From the NCBI GenBank assembly GCA_028534125.1, contig CM052816.1, positions 47,742,001-47,806,000 of the forward strand: a stretch of 64,000 nucleotides of DNA, in the 5' to 3' direction. The notes under the pieces were generated by a model. The model had not been told where the DNA came from. It saw only the letters and a program-made list of their open reading frames with translations, and searched no databases. Origin of the DNA: Lama glama (taxonomy: Eukaryota). Below, in pieces: positions 38,683 through 52,635 of the stretch (position 1 is the stretch's first letter; the number at the start of each line of letters is the position of its first letter). Both the position numbers and the translations under genes were made by a program.

Positions 38683-39781
38683 CTAGACAAGGAAAAACAG
38701 TATGAAAATAGTAAATAAATGAAAGCTTGGTCAGAAATCTCAGGGATGGGAACCTGGATTTGAAAAAAGCCATATAAACTCAAAGGAATTCATAAAATAT
38801 TACCATTCTACTCTAATACATACTTTTCACAGTTTTAAGCTTATTCAGTCCTTGACTGAATATTTCTGGTCATATTATTTTGGTGAAGACAATTATTATA
38901 AGTGACACATCTCAAGCCCTGTAAGGGCGATCAGGTTATATATATAGCCCAATTAACGCTTTAAGGAATCATGGAAAATACAACATTGGGCCTAAAACTG
39001 AATCAGCTCCTCTACCTTTCTTAAATATTTAAGTCTTACTGAAGAACTTGGCCCAATTAAGACTTTTTAAGGCAAGTCATATAATAAACCTGTAGCAAAA
39101 AGGGTATTACGCATCCCAAGGGCACATATTTGGCATAAGTTTCTAAAGTGATTAGAACCTGAATGAGCCAGATTATTATCAAAACTTGAAAATTTTAGGA
39201 TCTCAGATTGAGAGCAACTCAGCAAACTCAATGTGGTAGTCTTCTCTACAAGGTCCCTACCAAACGGCTGGCCAGTGTGGTGACAGTACTGAGGAAGAGC
39301 TTATCAAAAATGGCAGTTTCTAAAGCCACATTCCAGACCTCTGGATCTGGAGCTTGAAATATTTCCATCAAACTTCCCAAATAGTTCTCATGTGTTTTGA
39401 CAGTTTGTGAATCACTTGGCCATGCACTGTGTGAGAGAAGCAGAAAGAAAAAGCCACATCACTACTGACTTAGCATTAGCTCACTTACCATTTCACACAT
39501 GCCACTTGAGTGCATGAACACCACCATTTTTCGGTCGAGTTCACATTAACTTTGTAGCAGGATTTGACATTTTGCAATATCACAAATGCATAATCTTACT
39601 CTGGGCCCATTCCTGTTTGCTGAGATCTTTGTGGATTATGATTCAGATTCTCAAAAATTTAATATAATTGATAAAATAGGATGACTGTAATTCAGCTATT
39701 TATCACCTCTCAATCTTATGCTGACATTCTGCTTAAGTGCCAAGGAAGCATCACTGTTAACAAAGGCTGGCAAAAACCTAC

Positions 39782-39916
39782 CTGCTGTGCACCACGCTCA
39801 TTACTGAGTGTTCGCAGTTCATCTGAATGGGCCACACAGATCTCATGCAGTGCTGCTAAATCACGGGACAGGTCAGTTCTAGAATGCTCTGTAGTGTCCG
39901 GAAGTTCAGGTACATT
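39782..39916 (-). CDS. RASA1: RASA1 exon 24
   Basis: 135 nt, NVPELPDTTEHSRTDLSRDLAALHEICVAHSDELRTLSNERGAQQ. Confidence 0.97.
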
Positions 39917-42159
39917 CTTTAAGGGAATCATAAAACTGCATTTAGAAATACAACTCTTTATAGACTCTTCTGAAAAGATCCTAACTGGTATAGTAGATAG
40001 AATTTAACATACAATATCCTCTTAAAATGCTTTTAAAATTCAAGTTGATAGATTTAGTGACCTTAGTATTCACATCAAAACCAGGCTCCATTTTCTTCAA
40101 CAGCAGGGCAGAATATTGTGCAGTATTACTGCTATTCTAAACAAATGGGTTTCTTAAACTTTTTATCTGTAAAGAATTTTTTTAACTGGAACATAAATGA
40201 TGCAAACATTAAATGCTAATCTATATTAAATGCAACCTAAACTTAAAATTCCTCCACTCTTTCAGATTGACTTCCATTACTAAGGTATATTTTGTCCAAA
40301 TTGATCAGCATACGTAAGTAACAGCTACATTATGAAAGTGTTGATGAGAACCTTTCAGACTTATAATCATTTGTGGACTATGCCCAAAACACTTGCTAAT
40401 GTGTAGAAATGACAGTGTTAATTACGGTATCTTCAGATAAGGTTCATACTGTAACTTAGTCACTATAACAAGTTGATTTATTGGCACTAAGTACTCATGT
40501 TATTTTGAGCATTGGAGTAAAGTTTAACATGAGTTCAGATTAATAGTTCTAGATAAATCAATTCCTCTCCCTAATGGTGACAGTATTTGCTATACATCTC
40601 TAAAGAGTACAGAATATTCGGTTTTCTGTGGTATAAACACAATTAGAATACAATTCATTTTTATCAACTGACTCATTCAGTGAATGAAGGATTATAGAGA
40701 TGAAAATCAGCAGTATTTGCTTCAAAGCATTTAGTAGAGAAGACACAGACTAGAGGTAAACTGATCACAGAGTTATGCATCAAGAGATACGCAGAGGATA
40801 CTTAGGTAAGCAGAACAAAACATATTTCAGGTTTAGGGCTCAGCAAAGCCCTCCTGAAGGAGATGTTTGAGGTGAGTATTGAAAGATAAATTTGACTTAC
40901 ACAGATGTAAAGCAAAAAGAAGAGTATTAGAATACTGGCATTCTAAACAGCTGGAAAGGCTAGCTTGTGTGGCATCATTAGGAAAGTGATAGAGAAAGCT
41001 GGTCTGTTGGTACTTATGATTATGGAAAATAAATGGAGTCCTAATCTTGCATCTAAAAACATACAAAAACCTAGAAATATGACTTGAGATAAATGAGCTA
41101 GCCTTAAATATTGGATAAAACTTTCATACAGCTCCTTAAGCATCATTATAGTAAATTTTTTTTTCAGTCACTAACCAACTGTATTTTTGGTAATCAGAAA
41201 TATTTTTATTCTTTAGACCTCTCCAGGAGTTCACATATAGAAACATGATGGGCATTTAGCATTGCCCTTTTATTTCTCAAAATCATTATCAATATGGATC
41301 TAAATAACAGTAAGTAATTCCTTATACCTGAAGTTGCCAACTAGGTGCCCACAGGCTGTCCTAAGTGGTTTGACTGTACAGTGGTGTGGTGCTTTACTTG
41401 TGCTTTAAGTGAATCCGGATGCCTTGCAGCAGAACAGTCTCCTACCCGAGTGTACCCTAGCACCATACACCGGGCTGTGTTCACGTGTACATGCTCCCTT
41501 TCTGGTTTCTACACATATGAACTGCATTACTAATAATTTGGTTTTTAACTGATTCGATATCTGGAAGTCTATAATAAGAAAGTTTAACTTAAGAAATCCA
41601 GGGTCTTAGAAATTATCTTTAAAAATCCCATTCTTAATTTTACAATAACAACGTACGTATAAAGGCCCAATAAAACCATACATAGTCCCACTAGATGAAG
41701 TTTCACACCAAATCCACGTATTTTTATCCCTAGAAAAGCTACAGGAACACTTATTCTTCAGTCCATGTACTTATTTAACTGGCCAGAACTGTAGCTCATC
41801 CAGCTTATTTCAAATTCCACACAGTAGCAGCAAAATTAAGTTGCTAAAGCAGCACCAGAATGTCACAATAGTGAGATGGAACAGCTCAGAGGATAACGAA
41901 AGACAAGACAGAAATGGAAAAAAATGACACAAGAAGTCCAAAAGCCACAATAATGTATACTTGGTGTAAACCATTTTGTATAAAAATAAATGGTTATCAA
42001 ATGAACTTGTTTAGGAAGGGAGACAAAAACATGCAGCTTTTTTGTTTTTTTCTTTTTTAGTTCTGGATGGGAACGCTTTCTAAAGGTTGTTGCTTAAACG
42101 AGTTATACTCAGCTATACTGACTGTAGGTGCCAAAGTCCTTGAAAAATTAGATACATAC

Positions 42160-42237
42160 CCCAAGCTCATCTAAAAACATGATCATACGATGTTTGTTAC
42201 TTTTAATGAATGGATTGACACCTTCCATATAAGGCTC
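42160..42237 (-). CDS. RASA1: RASA1 exon 23
   Basis: 78 nt, EPYMEGVNPFIKSNKHRMIMFLDELG. Confidence 0.97.
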
Positions 42238-43536
42238 CTAAAAAGGTAGAAATTAAAAACTTAGTGTATGCACAAAAACACTGATCTATAGCAAAAACCG
42301 TACACGTAGGAAACATTCTTATAATTATCAGTAGCAGTACATATTCATAAGAATTAACCATTCAGTGACCATATTTTCCTTCTAATATAAGCAAGCAGCT
42401 AATTCTGAGGAGCAGGAGTATAGAGTATTTTTAATGAACAAGAAATAACAGATGGGAAAAAAAAATCAACACATAGCCTGGCAGACACAAATTGCTTATA
42501 TGTAGGTCAGTGAGAAGTAATCACTGAGAAATTATTTGCCAAGCACCCAGAGGTCATTAGAATCTAGCAGAGACTATAGGGAAATAAAATATAGTGGGGT
42601 AAGGACTGCAGTAAAAAATATAGTACTTATAACCTGCCTCAGGATTCAGATAAATTCAAAAGCTAAAAGTCATACTATAAACTGCTCTTCATACTAAAAT
42701 CGTAAACCTATTTTAAAATATGTTACATTATAAAATGGGAAACTCTCTTAAAATCAGTAAGGTGAAATGAGGGCCTCAATAGTCAATTCCAAAGAAACAG
42801 ACATGAAAAATCATACATAAAAGAGTAAGGAACTAATGAAACACAAAGGAACATGCCCATCAGACTCAAAAATTAAAAAGGGTAATAATACTAGCTGAGT
42901 TTTGGCAAGGCTAGAGGAAACAAAGTCTTTGTGATAATTTTTCTAAGAAGTAGTTTAAGGAAATAGCCCGTCAGGTTTGAAAGGAAGTATATATAATAAG
43001 GATAATTGTTACAGCAATCTTGATCACAGTGACAATCGTTAAGGAAAATAAAATAGTTCCATGTTTCTAGGTATGGCAAGAAGTTAATACTGACAAAAGC
43101 AGGTGACACAGTTACAATCCCTACCAGAACATGAATAGTCCTTATCCTTAGGTAGTAGGGATCACATATGAATGTTTAAAAACTCAGAGTTTTAATATTT
43201 ACAGAGAATGTTTATGGGGTAAAATGTAATAAAATCAATTTGGGTACATTTAAAAATATGCTCTGATTTTTTAAATTTAAAAGTGGCAGAATCTGATTAT
43301 ACTGGAAATTACACTCAAAAAAATAGCTTTCTACTAGCTAAAACAATAGTTTTTTAAATTCCATTAAAATGTAAAATCTAAAAACACTTGAAAAATGTGA
43401 ACATACCAACAAAATCATAAATTATCTTTATGAAATATCCACTACTGAAAATTTACTTACACTATTATTTTATGGTTTTATCATGTCAAAGTCATAAATT
43501 CATAAATGACATTTTAAAGTATCAAAATATTTTTAC

Positions 43537-43625
43537 CTTAGCTCCAAATTCCACAAGATTTGCTAAGTTCTGCACAGACTTGGCCACTAATATCAGTGTT
43601 CTTGCAGCAATAGGAGATGGGGAGT
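43537..43625 (-). CDS. RASA1: RASA1 exon 22
   Basis: 89 nt, SPSPIAARTLILVAKSVQNLANLVEFGAK. Confidence 0.97.
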
Positions 43626-44425
43626 CTATAACAGAATTGGGCACAGCTAATAACATCAACTCCAAAGGTACTTCCAGGTAAATCATTATAAACTTAGTAT
43701 TTTTAACAGTAAAGACATATTAAAGTACTAACATTGTTCCATTCAGAACTCTGTAAAAATGTATGACCTGTATAATTCAGAAGATCTTCAGTTAAAGAGG
43801 TTAAAACTGAATATACTTATCAGGCTTTTAGTCTATGAAAAGGTTACTACAAGACTGGGCATTTCCCAACTGGTTAATATTTCAAAATACCTTAAAGCTT
43901 CAGCAAGCTTTATCTTTATAGCTAAAAAAACAAAACAGTCACTCCACATACCCTTTGGGACAATCCACAAAGCTAATTTCAATCCACCCAAGTTAGCAAT
44001 TTGCAATATAAGCAATTCCCCGCTCCCAACTTCCACTGACTCAAATAATTCACTTTAAAGCTCAATAACAAAGTCTGGAATCTCTGCTTTACTTTGAGAA
44101 GAAATGCATGCATGTTTATTAAGTTTTAAAGATATTTTAAAGATTAACCAGGAAACATTCACCTATATAGATAGTAGGATGTAAATAAATATTTGTGGTC
44201 TCTCAGTGTTAAACCCTGAAATATATAAACAGTAAAAACCTAGTCTATCTCAATGCCTGATTTTAGACTGTACTTTTTTTTCCTTAAGCTGTTAAATTAT
44301 AAATATTGCCCAGTGGTTCAGAGTCCAACATTGAGATAAATAAACCCACAAGAATTCTAAACCCTTAATTCTTAGTAGACCCATAGAACTATGTTAGTAG
44401 CAACAGGAGATAATTACAGAGATGA

Positions 44426-44556
44426 GGGGGGAGGGTATAGCTCAAGTCGTAGAGCGCATGATTAGCATCCTTGAGGTCCTGGGTTCAATCCCCAGTACTT
44501 CTCTAAGAATAAATCTGAATAAACCTAAATACCTCCCCCACCAAAAAAAAAAAAAA
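44426..44556 (+). mobile_element. tRNA-Ala-derived SINE (camelid vic-1-like) with target-site duplication
   Basis: GGGGAGGGTATAGCTCAAGTCGTAGAGCGCATG head with A-box, B-box GGTTCAATCCC, AGC anticodon remnant, A14 tail, and 13-bp TSD AATTACAGAGATG (44412-44424 and 44555-44567). Confidence 0.88.
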
Positions 44557-45283
44557 TTACAGAGATGTGATGGCTATAAAGATATTCCAAAAGAAGTTTA
44601 ATACAATTTTAAGCTTCAGATTATTAAGACAAAAATGGTTCAGGTTCTTTCTCCTACTAAGGCTCATTATTACATTTGTAGTCATAAATGTAATTCTTAT
44701 CTTCTCTTTGAAAGAAGCCTACAACATCTGAGAGTCCATCCACAATGGGTATATGGGTAATAAGCAAAACCAAATCTGGTTTGTTGGAGTTAAAATGCCA
44801 ATTAACATTATATACCTGGTGACAAGAAATCGCTATTGGGAAATCTGAAAGAGCCACTTTCTTCATAAGCATGCACAGAGGACTAGTGCAGCTGCAGTTG
44901 TAACTTTAATTTGAGCTTAAAAATCCAACTTGCAGTGGTAGTGACAGGGTCTGTAATGGGCTAAAAGCACACACAAAGCTCTTCTTCCCACCTTGAAGAA
45001 GCCACACTGCAGGCTGGAAAAAATCATCATCATAATAAGAGTCTGAAACACAGGCAGGGATGAGGGGAAAAAGCAGTATGTCTAATCATGCTCTCTCAGG
45101 CTTCAAATAGAAGATGGAAAGAAAAGGTAAAGGAGCAAAAAGAACAAGAAAAGGGTGCTTTGGAATGTTTTATACCAAGTCTTAGAATTGGATAATAAAA
45201 ACGGATTTGAAAGAAAAGTAATCTTAATAGTTTGAAACTTTATACTAAATTTTCTAATTTCAAATTTATCAAAAGCTGATTAC

Positions 45284-45351
45284 CTGAGATGATATTAAAC
45301 ATCCGGGGATTCAGGATGGCAGGACAGATAAGTCGAAGGAAAACAAAACCA
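45284..45351 (-). CDS. RASA1: RASA1 exon 21 (FLR motif)
   Basis: 68 nt, GFVFLRLICPAILNPRMFNIIS(D); the RasGAP signature FLRxxxPAIxxP. Confidence 0.98.
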
Positions 45352-47057
45352 CTGAATGGGAAGGAAATTTTTTTTTAGAGAACTACTATAATATGTTACA
45401 TTAAAATAATATAAACAAAAATTTTAATACTTGTAGAACTGTGAACTTTGAACTATGTAGGTAAGCCCAAATACACAGCTTTATTTTTAGCTGAAGTATC
45501 TTACTTTTAAGAACATACATACCTGCTTCTTAAACATATTATTCATTTTTCCCAAATTTAGAATTTTGGATTTACTTCTGGAAGATTTAAGTTATATTTG
45601 TTGCATTTGCTGTCTTGATTTATTCCAAGCTACTAGTGCATTTTATACTTACTTTGAAGAACTAGTGTCCTTAGGAGCACTGAAAACTCCTGAAATACTG
45701 TAGGAGTACAAATAAACCTTTCTAATAGATACAAAGTCCTATAAGGTCCTAAAACTAACATTCTCAGTTCTCTTTCTTCCTTTCTTTAAACAGAACAGCC
45801 CAGTAAAGTCTGTTATAAATCAAGTTGGTTTTACTGATTTGTTGAGTCATATAAAAATTAAGAATCCATTGTACAAGGGAAAAAAGTGACATCTTGATAA
45901 ATGAAAACGTATACAATAGAATGCTGAGAAGCTTTTAAGACAAAGAAAAAGACATTAGGCTCTCTAAAGTTTAAAAAAGTTCTCAAATTACAAAATATTA
46001 ATAGCAAAACCAAAAATCAGTATAAAAGTACATGACTTAGCACCCTTGTCATATATGGTTTTACCTGCTAATCTCACTCTGGGAACAATGTACAAAGTAA
46101 AACTACAAACATACAGCTATTCCTAGTCTGCCTGCTTCCGTTACCATTAGAGTATATGTCCTCGTGTAGATAATGTTTCTCTAATTTCCTCTTAAGAGGA
46201 ATCCACACTAATAATTGACCTCTCACCTGGCCCTTGTAAAGACAAGCATTCTTTCCAAGTTGATAAAATTCCTTGTAGAGATTAAAAAATAACTGACAGT
46301 CTCTGTTCTCTATTAGTGAACAATCCAACTTCTCAGCATTTACCTCCCAACAATGTTGTTTCTAAATTTGGGGGAATCTTGGAAAATCAGTATGTTGCTT
46401 CTCAGACAGCATTTATTCCAATTAATAGAAAACAACTAACTGAATTTAATTTCTTTTAAACTGATTTATGTAGAATCTTGCATAAATTCTGCTTAGAAAC
46501 ATTTTGATACTTAAATAGGTCTTTGAATCTGAAATACAACCTAGCAACATCGAACTATAAAAGAATTTTCAGTGTGCAGATCTACTTTCTCTGCATTTTT
46601 AGAGGGGATCTGAGGGATACTAGGTGTCTACACGTATATTCAAAAGCTTAACTAGGAATAGAAACCACCACCTTGGCCATAATATCCAGACAATCCACAT
46701 AACAGAATTTCCTGCTGTCTGCTCAACAATTATACTTGTTTGAAACTTATAGTGTATAGAACACTTTTCATTTACATCAGACACAACTGTGCTGAAACAG
46801 TATGTGCTTGTAATTCTTCTCTAGTCCTCTCAATCACTACTAAAGCCAAGAAATACAGAATCTACAATTCATAAATATTTATGTCCTATACTAACCAAGA
46901 AAGATTTTATCTGTAAAAAGAGTAGAAGCCTCCCTATAAAATTTAGGTTGGGGGCAGGATTAACACACATTTTCAAAACTTAATTGTATGATATTGGTGT
47001 CTTCAGTAGCTGCCCAATTTTTTTATGGTATACAACATGACTGGCAGCATGTAATAG

Positions 47058-47105
47058 TTTATATTATTATTATTATTATTATATTATGTAATGAATTATA
47101 TTATT
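47058..47105. repeat. (TAT)n microsatellite
   Basis: atattattattattattattatattat. Confidence 0.7.
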
Positions 47106-47958
47106 AGACAGCTGTATTCTCTGATGCTTTTGCACTAATTTCCTACTGTCCTGAATGGGTTGGGGTATGCTTAACAAAAGCCTGCAAGAGTGTTAAGTAT
47201 ATTAGTTTGGGTCTTAGAAGTTTTGCCTTAGCCACTAATTTTATATAGAAAGTTACAGAGAACCTTAACAAACAATTTAATCTCTACAGATCTGCCTCCT
47301 CATTGGAAAAGTAAGTTAAAATCATAATTTTTTTAAAAGTCCCCTTATATAAGCTACAAAATTCTGACTTGACAAAGCAGCTCCTAATTACTGCACAATG
47401 AGCAGATGGAAAGAGCTTCAGAACTGCAGACTCTGGTTGGAGATTAACCCCAAGTCCTAGACTGTTATAAACCAACCAATATCTAAATGGTTCAATCATT
47501 GCTCATCCTATTTAGCACAAACCAATCTTTCTCTCTCTCCTCCATTCCTCTCCTTGTGTCTATATGTATATGCATGTATACATGTGTATGTGTGTATAAA
47601 AGGTACTATATGAAATCAGCTACAGGTTTTATTGGCTATATAGCTTTTAACCTCATTCTGTAAGTTAAAAAAAAAAAATCCCAAATAGTTAACTGACTAT
47701 AAAAGAATGTTCAGGTTTTTAGAAAATGCGAAAGGTAGCTAAGTACCTCATAGCAACTTAAAGAACAAAACAAAACACAGTAAGTTCAAGGTTACAAGCT
47801 ATCTGAACTCTTATAAAATACTCAACAGAGTTCTGACATAAAAATAAAAGAAAAAAGGTCTTGAATTGTATATTACTAGTCAAGTGGATAGCTGAAAATT
47901 TGAAGACTATCAGTGCATGCTCCATAAATGATTTAACAAATCAACTGATGACTCTTAC

Positions 47959-48045
47959 CTGACAACTCTTGTCCTCATGGTGGTATTTGTAGGCCACTTG
48001 TGCTGGACAGATTTCTGTAAACATCCATAAATATACCTCAGTGTC
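47959..48045 (-). CDS. RASA1: RASA1 exon 20
   Basis: 87 nt, TLRYIYGCLQKSVQHKWPTNTTMRTRVV(S). Confidence 0.97.
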
Positions 48046-48500
48046 CTGCCGAAAGAACAGAATCATTTCAATACAGAAAGCAAGTGAAAATACTGATCTC
48101 ACTGCAACCAAAAGCTTAATTTATGAAATACGAAGGCAACTGGCCTTTTTCCCCAAAAAAAGTACTCTGCTACAAGTAATGACATTTAGCAAAGAATTAA
48201 GGAGGACTTATGACCTCCTCAAATCTGAGACTATAAGCTTCTATTCATTCCCCAAGTTACTAGATAAACCAGACACAGTAGCCTGTATAAAAACATGATT
48301 TATTTTGATACAAATATTTCACTTTGATTTAAGTCATTCCTTTTCTTAAATAATTCATTGTGTAAAGATGAAAAACTCTTGAATTTTTTCAGAATATAAT
48401 AACATCAGGACAGCGGGAAAACTTACACATATTTTAGAAATACAAATTTTTCAAAATGCAGATACACAATTTCTTGTCAAATTAAAATTTCACCACTTAC

Positions 48501-48616
48501 GGTGGAAGTATTTCTGAAGCCATGAATATTTTCTCCACAAGCTCTGAAAGTATGTTCAATAGGTGTGCTAAATTAGTGTTCACATCTTCATTTTTTTCTA
48601 ACTTTGATGGACTTAA
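48501..48616 (-). CDS. RASA1: RASA1 exon 19
   Basis: 116 nt, LSPSKLEKNEDVNTNLAHLLNILSELVEKIFMASEILP(P). Confidence 0.97.
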
Positions 48617-50080
48617 CTAAGAGAAGGAATAAATCAATATAAATGCATCTTGGCAATAATAAATGCAAATGAATCAAGGTAATCTAACAGTTGTTTTCAA
48701 GGCTCTCTATTTTTCCATTTGTCAATCTGTATTAGTCTTTTGGTGGTGGGGGTGAGGGGGATAAATAGCAATTTCAAGTAGGCTGCTCTAGGGAACTCCT
48801 TCCAATGGGCTTGTTACCATTAATTCCCAATTAGTCAACTGAAGAACAAGCCGTGATTATTCACCAATTTGCAATTGCTTTCAGGTTAATACCAGCAATA
48901 AAGTTTTCTTTTATGCATTTACCACATTTAACCATAGATTTTTTACAGGCACACAAAACTGTATTAGACTTTATTTTAAATATATTCCCAACTAGAAGAC
49001 AAAAAAACATCCAGCTTTAGGGCCACATACTCACAAATATATTTAAATAACAAGAAAGGTCACCATATATTATTATTATAAAGTCTACCTTAATTCTATT
49101 TATTTGAGGGAAAAAACTGATCAAAGTAGAAAGGTTTTCCTGAATGAGACTTTTTAAATGAGTAATAAAATACCAAGTGCCTCAGGTAGAATCATGATCC
49201 TTTCTCAAAACTGTCCAGTAACCTCTGAAGGCTAAGAGTCTTGATCTAGAATCAATGGAGTAGAATTACATACAGGAATTTACACTCCTTAGCCTGCATT
49301 CAGCATCCAGAGACTCTCTGCAGACTTACTGCATTTCTGTATCCTTTACAGTTAGGCCAACTATGGTGCTAACCCCAGGTTTTCAACACTAAATTACCAG
49401 TATCTTTGCTTTAGGTTTATTAGTAAAAATTGACAAGTTCAGAATTAACATGACTGCTCCCAGTATACATTATCAAAAGCAATTCCTTATTTTATTTATT
49501 TTGTTATCAGAGCTAAAAATATATTTAATATCTTCCCTCTATAGTTGCTCTACCTTCAAAATAAAACGATAGAACAGCCATGCGAGATTCCACTCTTTAT
49601 CTCAATGGTTTGTTATGAATTTACATTGAAGCCTTAATAATTAATCCCAAAAGGATGTTTTTATTTGCTTTTGAAGGGATTATATTATACCCCCGCCCTT
49701 CTCACCCTCCAACAAAAACTTTCAAGAACAAACCTAGATGTTATTATGAAGTGCCACATAAAACCTACACAACTGAATTCTCTAAATAAACTTCAATTTA
49801 TGTTATGCACTTTCTGAAATTAGCATATACTTTATCATTAGTACAGAAGCAATATGATTAAGTACTTCTACATATTTCTGATGCAGTTTGAGACTTTTAA
49901 TCCCGAAATAAAGTGTATCTTTTTTAAAAGTCTGTTTTGCATAACATTTTTCTAAATGTATTACAAAAGGTGTAACTGCTTTGATAGTTTCATACAGCTA
50001 ATATGTTTTCCTTAAAGTGTAATTAGCTATAAAGCATTACCTATAATATGCTCTGCTGAAATACTTAAAATATTACTCAC

Positions 50081-50223
50081 CTCGCAAGATTGCTTGCTTT
50101 CCATTATCTTTAAGATGGAGTCTTTCAAAGCGTGATGAACAAACTGTGTAGCAGTGGCTTTCATATACTGTTCCATCAAGGTGCTTGCAAGTGTTGTGGC
50201 TCGAAATAGGGTAGTGGCTTCAT
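50081..50223 (-). CDS. RASA1: RASA1 exon 18 (arginine-finger exon)
   Basis: 143 nt, EATTLFRATTLASTLMEQYMKATATQFVHHALKDSILKIMESKQSCE; catalytic Arg of LFRA encoded at 50201-50203. Confidence 0.98.
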
Positions 50224-51311
50224 CTACATAAGTATTTAAATGAAAAGATTATTTGTAAAGGACTGTACTAATATGAACCAAATTGGAAATTAAATGAACT
50301 CATTTTTTCCTCAACCAGTTGCCTGCAGCCTTAAAGTATTAATTATAATGACATTCTATATTTATATAAACTTGACTCTTCAAAAGACTTTATTACACTT
50401 CACCTGATCATAAACAGAAGGGATTGACACTGCCATGTTTACATGAAAAATGCTTCAGATGGTTATGATTTGTCTAAGACTAAAAAAGCTAACTAGTAAC
50501 AAAAGTAGGACAAGAATCCAGCTTTACTGTCCACTGAGCCTGTGCTTTGATAAATGAGTTAATTTCTAAACAAGAATGTAACATAAAATCCCAGTATAAA
50601 TCAATTTGTTAGCCTAAAACATTTTGCCATTAATGACTTTTAATAAAATCCTAAATACAATATTGCCAGAAAAGACAATCTCAGTGTAAAATATGTACCA
50701 CCACTTTATCTTTCCTGACAAACATACATATTTTTACATTGTCTATGATTAGGAAGAAACATAGGGTTAGGGTTTTACAGTTTATCTGGGGAACCCAGAA
50801 ACAAGTATCATTACTGAGTCAAAGTGCTGGTTGGAAATGGGTTATTCTGACGTATCTGTAAGCTGGCACAAAGCACTGTGTCCGGCTGTGCTGCCTGGGA
50901 ACTACCTATCTAGAGAAACTAGAAATAAAATGCAGCGACACCCAACTTCTGTGCAATGAATTTGTAAGCAAAAAATAAACAAGAGAACGTGGTAAGTATA
51001 CCAAACTATTCTTAATAATCAAGCACTGTGAGCCATTGATTTGGACACAAGTCATTTTCTTACAGCTTCCAATACTAATTTGCCATGACAGAAACTTGTA
51101 TTATATATTAACCCCCTGCAATACTAGCCAGTATTAGAATCAGAACTGATATTCCAACTGTAATGTTTAAGGAAAAAACAGAATAACTTATTTTGTAAGA
51201 TGATTTAACTGTTTAATATATTCTAAGATACAGTCCATATATACTTGATATATAAAATCTAATTATTAACTCAATTTTTAAAAGTATATCACACTAATAT
51301 CCATACTATAC

Positions 51312-51471
51312 CTTCCATGCTTATTTCTCTGTCATTTAGTGTACATAACAACAATGATTCAAGCTTTTCATGAAGAAAAATCCTCAGTAGGATGCTAGCC
51401 AGTAGTGTTCGGTCCTGTCCACATACATGTGATAAAGCATAGACTACATGAAGCTCCTTTTGCAGTACAAG
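51312..51471 (-). CDS. RASA1: RASA1 exon 17 (RasGAP domain)
   Basis: 160 nt, LVLQKELHVVYALSHVCGQDRTLLASILLRIFLHEKLESLLLCTLNDREISME(D). Confidence 0.97.
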
Positions 51472-51792
51472 CTAAAAATGACATCAAAAAAGATTGTTGA
51501 AAGTATACAGCATAAGCATTCTCAATAAGAGTAAGAGGAAATGTGTTTTTATGTATTCTTATACTTAAGAATATGTTCTATTGAATAAATATTTTAAGAA
51601 TACAGTGAGTTTGGAGCCTACACATTTATATCCTCTTAAGAACACCATCAAACTACAAGACTTTCCAACCTTCTCTGCCTGTCAGCGTACCACTGAATTA
51701 TGAAATTACTATATTTAACTCAATGACTCTTGCTAAAAATTAAATATTTCTGATAATGCCATTAAAAATAGACTGGTAAACAACTTCAATAC

Positions 51793-51965
51793 CTCTTTAA
51801 ATTCACTGTACTCTTCTTCTGGCATGATCTTTTCCATGGAGTATCGTGCTCGGACACGCAGAGATCCTGGTTCAATACCTTTTAATGGTATATGGGAGCT
51901 GAGCAAAAACCATTCGTCTGTGGCATGGCCTTTCTGTAACCGGCTCAACTGGCAGCGCATAAATA
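51793..51965 (-). CDS. RASA1: RASA1 exon 16
   Basis: 173 nt, FMRCQLSRLQKGHATDEWFLLSSHIPLKGIEPGSLRVRARYSMEKIMPEEEYSEFKE. Confidence 0.97.
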
Positions 51966-52099
51966 CTTTGAGAGAAAAACATCGAATGATTACTGTCTAA
52001 AAAGATGACATTAATTAGTTACACAAACAAACTTTCCCAATGTCCTGACTTCTCTATAGTGTTATATGCTTTTTATTGAAGGAGTTTTCAGTACTAAAT

Positions 52100-52635
52100 T
52101 CAATACTCAATGCTATTTCCTTCATTTACTGAATGCCTACTATGTGTCTTTGACAGGCAGGTATGTGTGATGCAGACATAATTAAGACATCGTCTCTGAC
52201 TTGCAGGGAGGTCTCAGTCTAGCCAAGGAGGAAAGAAATCAATTATGGTAGAGTGTGATAAGGCTGTAACAGTGGTTCATGCTACTGAAGTACAGAGAAA
52301 TAATACCTAGTTCAGCCTGTAGAGGTTAAAAATCCATTCCAAGTAAGTAACCCTTAATCTGACTGCACAAGGATATGGAGGTGTAACGAAGCAGAAACAC
52401 GGAGAGAGAGTGCGTGCACAGTCTGAATAGAAGGTATGGTGGATGGTTTTAAAATCCATGGATGATTTAAGAGCTGTAAGAAAGCTAGTATAGTCGGAGA
52501 GAAGGATATACAAAAGATTAGACAGAGTAAGAAGGGGCAGGAGTGGATCAGCAAAGGGCATTTCTTCTGTATCATTACTAGGGGGTTAGATTTTATCTTA
52601 AAAGTAATGGGAACCACTAAAAAATATTGAACATT
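52100..52635 (-). mobile_element. LINE-2 fragment
   Basis: catttactgaatgcctactatgtg...ctcagtctag...tagattttatctta..agtaatgggaaccact. Confidence 0.55.

Noticed and set aside
41370..41495. Possible hairpin (ggtgtggtgct versus agcaccatacacc)
   Set aside because: Pairing is short and interrupted; not enough to call a miRNA or structured RNA by eye
44426..44505. tRNA-Ala-like sequence
   Set aside because: The anticodon stem is degenerate and it is followed by a SINE body, A-tail and TSD, so it is a retroposon rather than a tRNA gene
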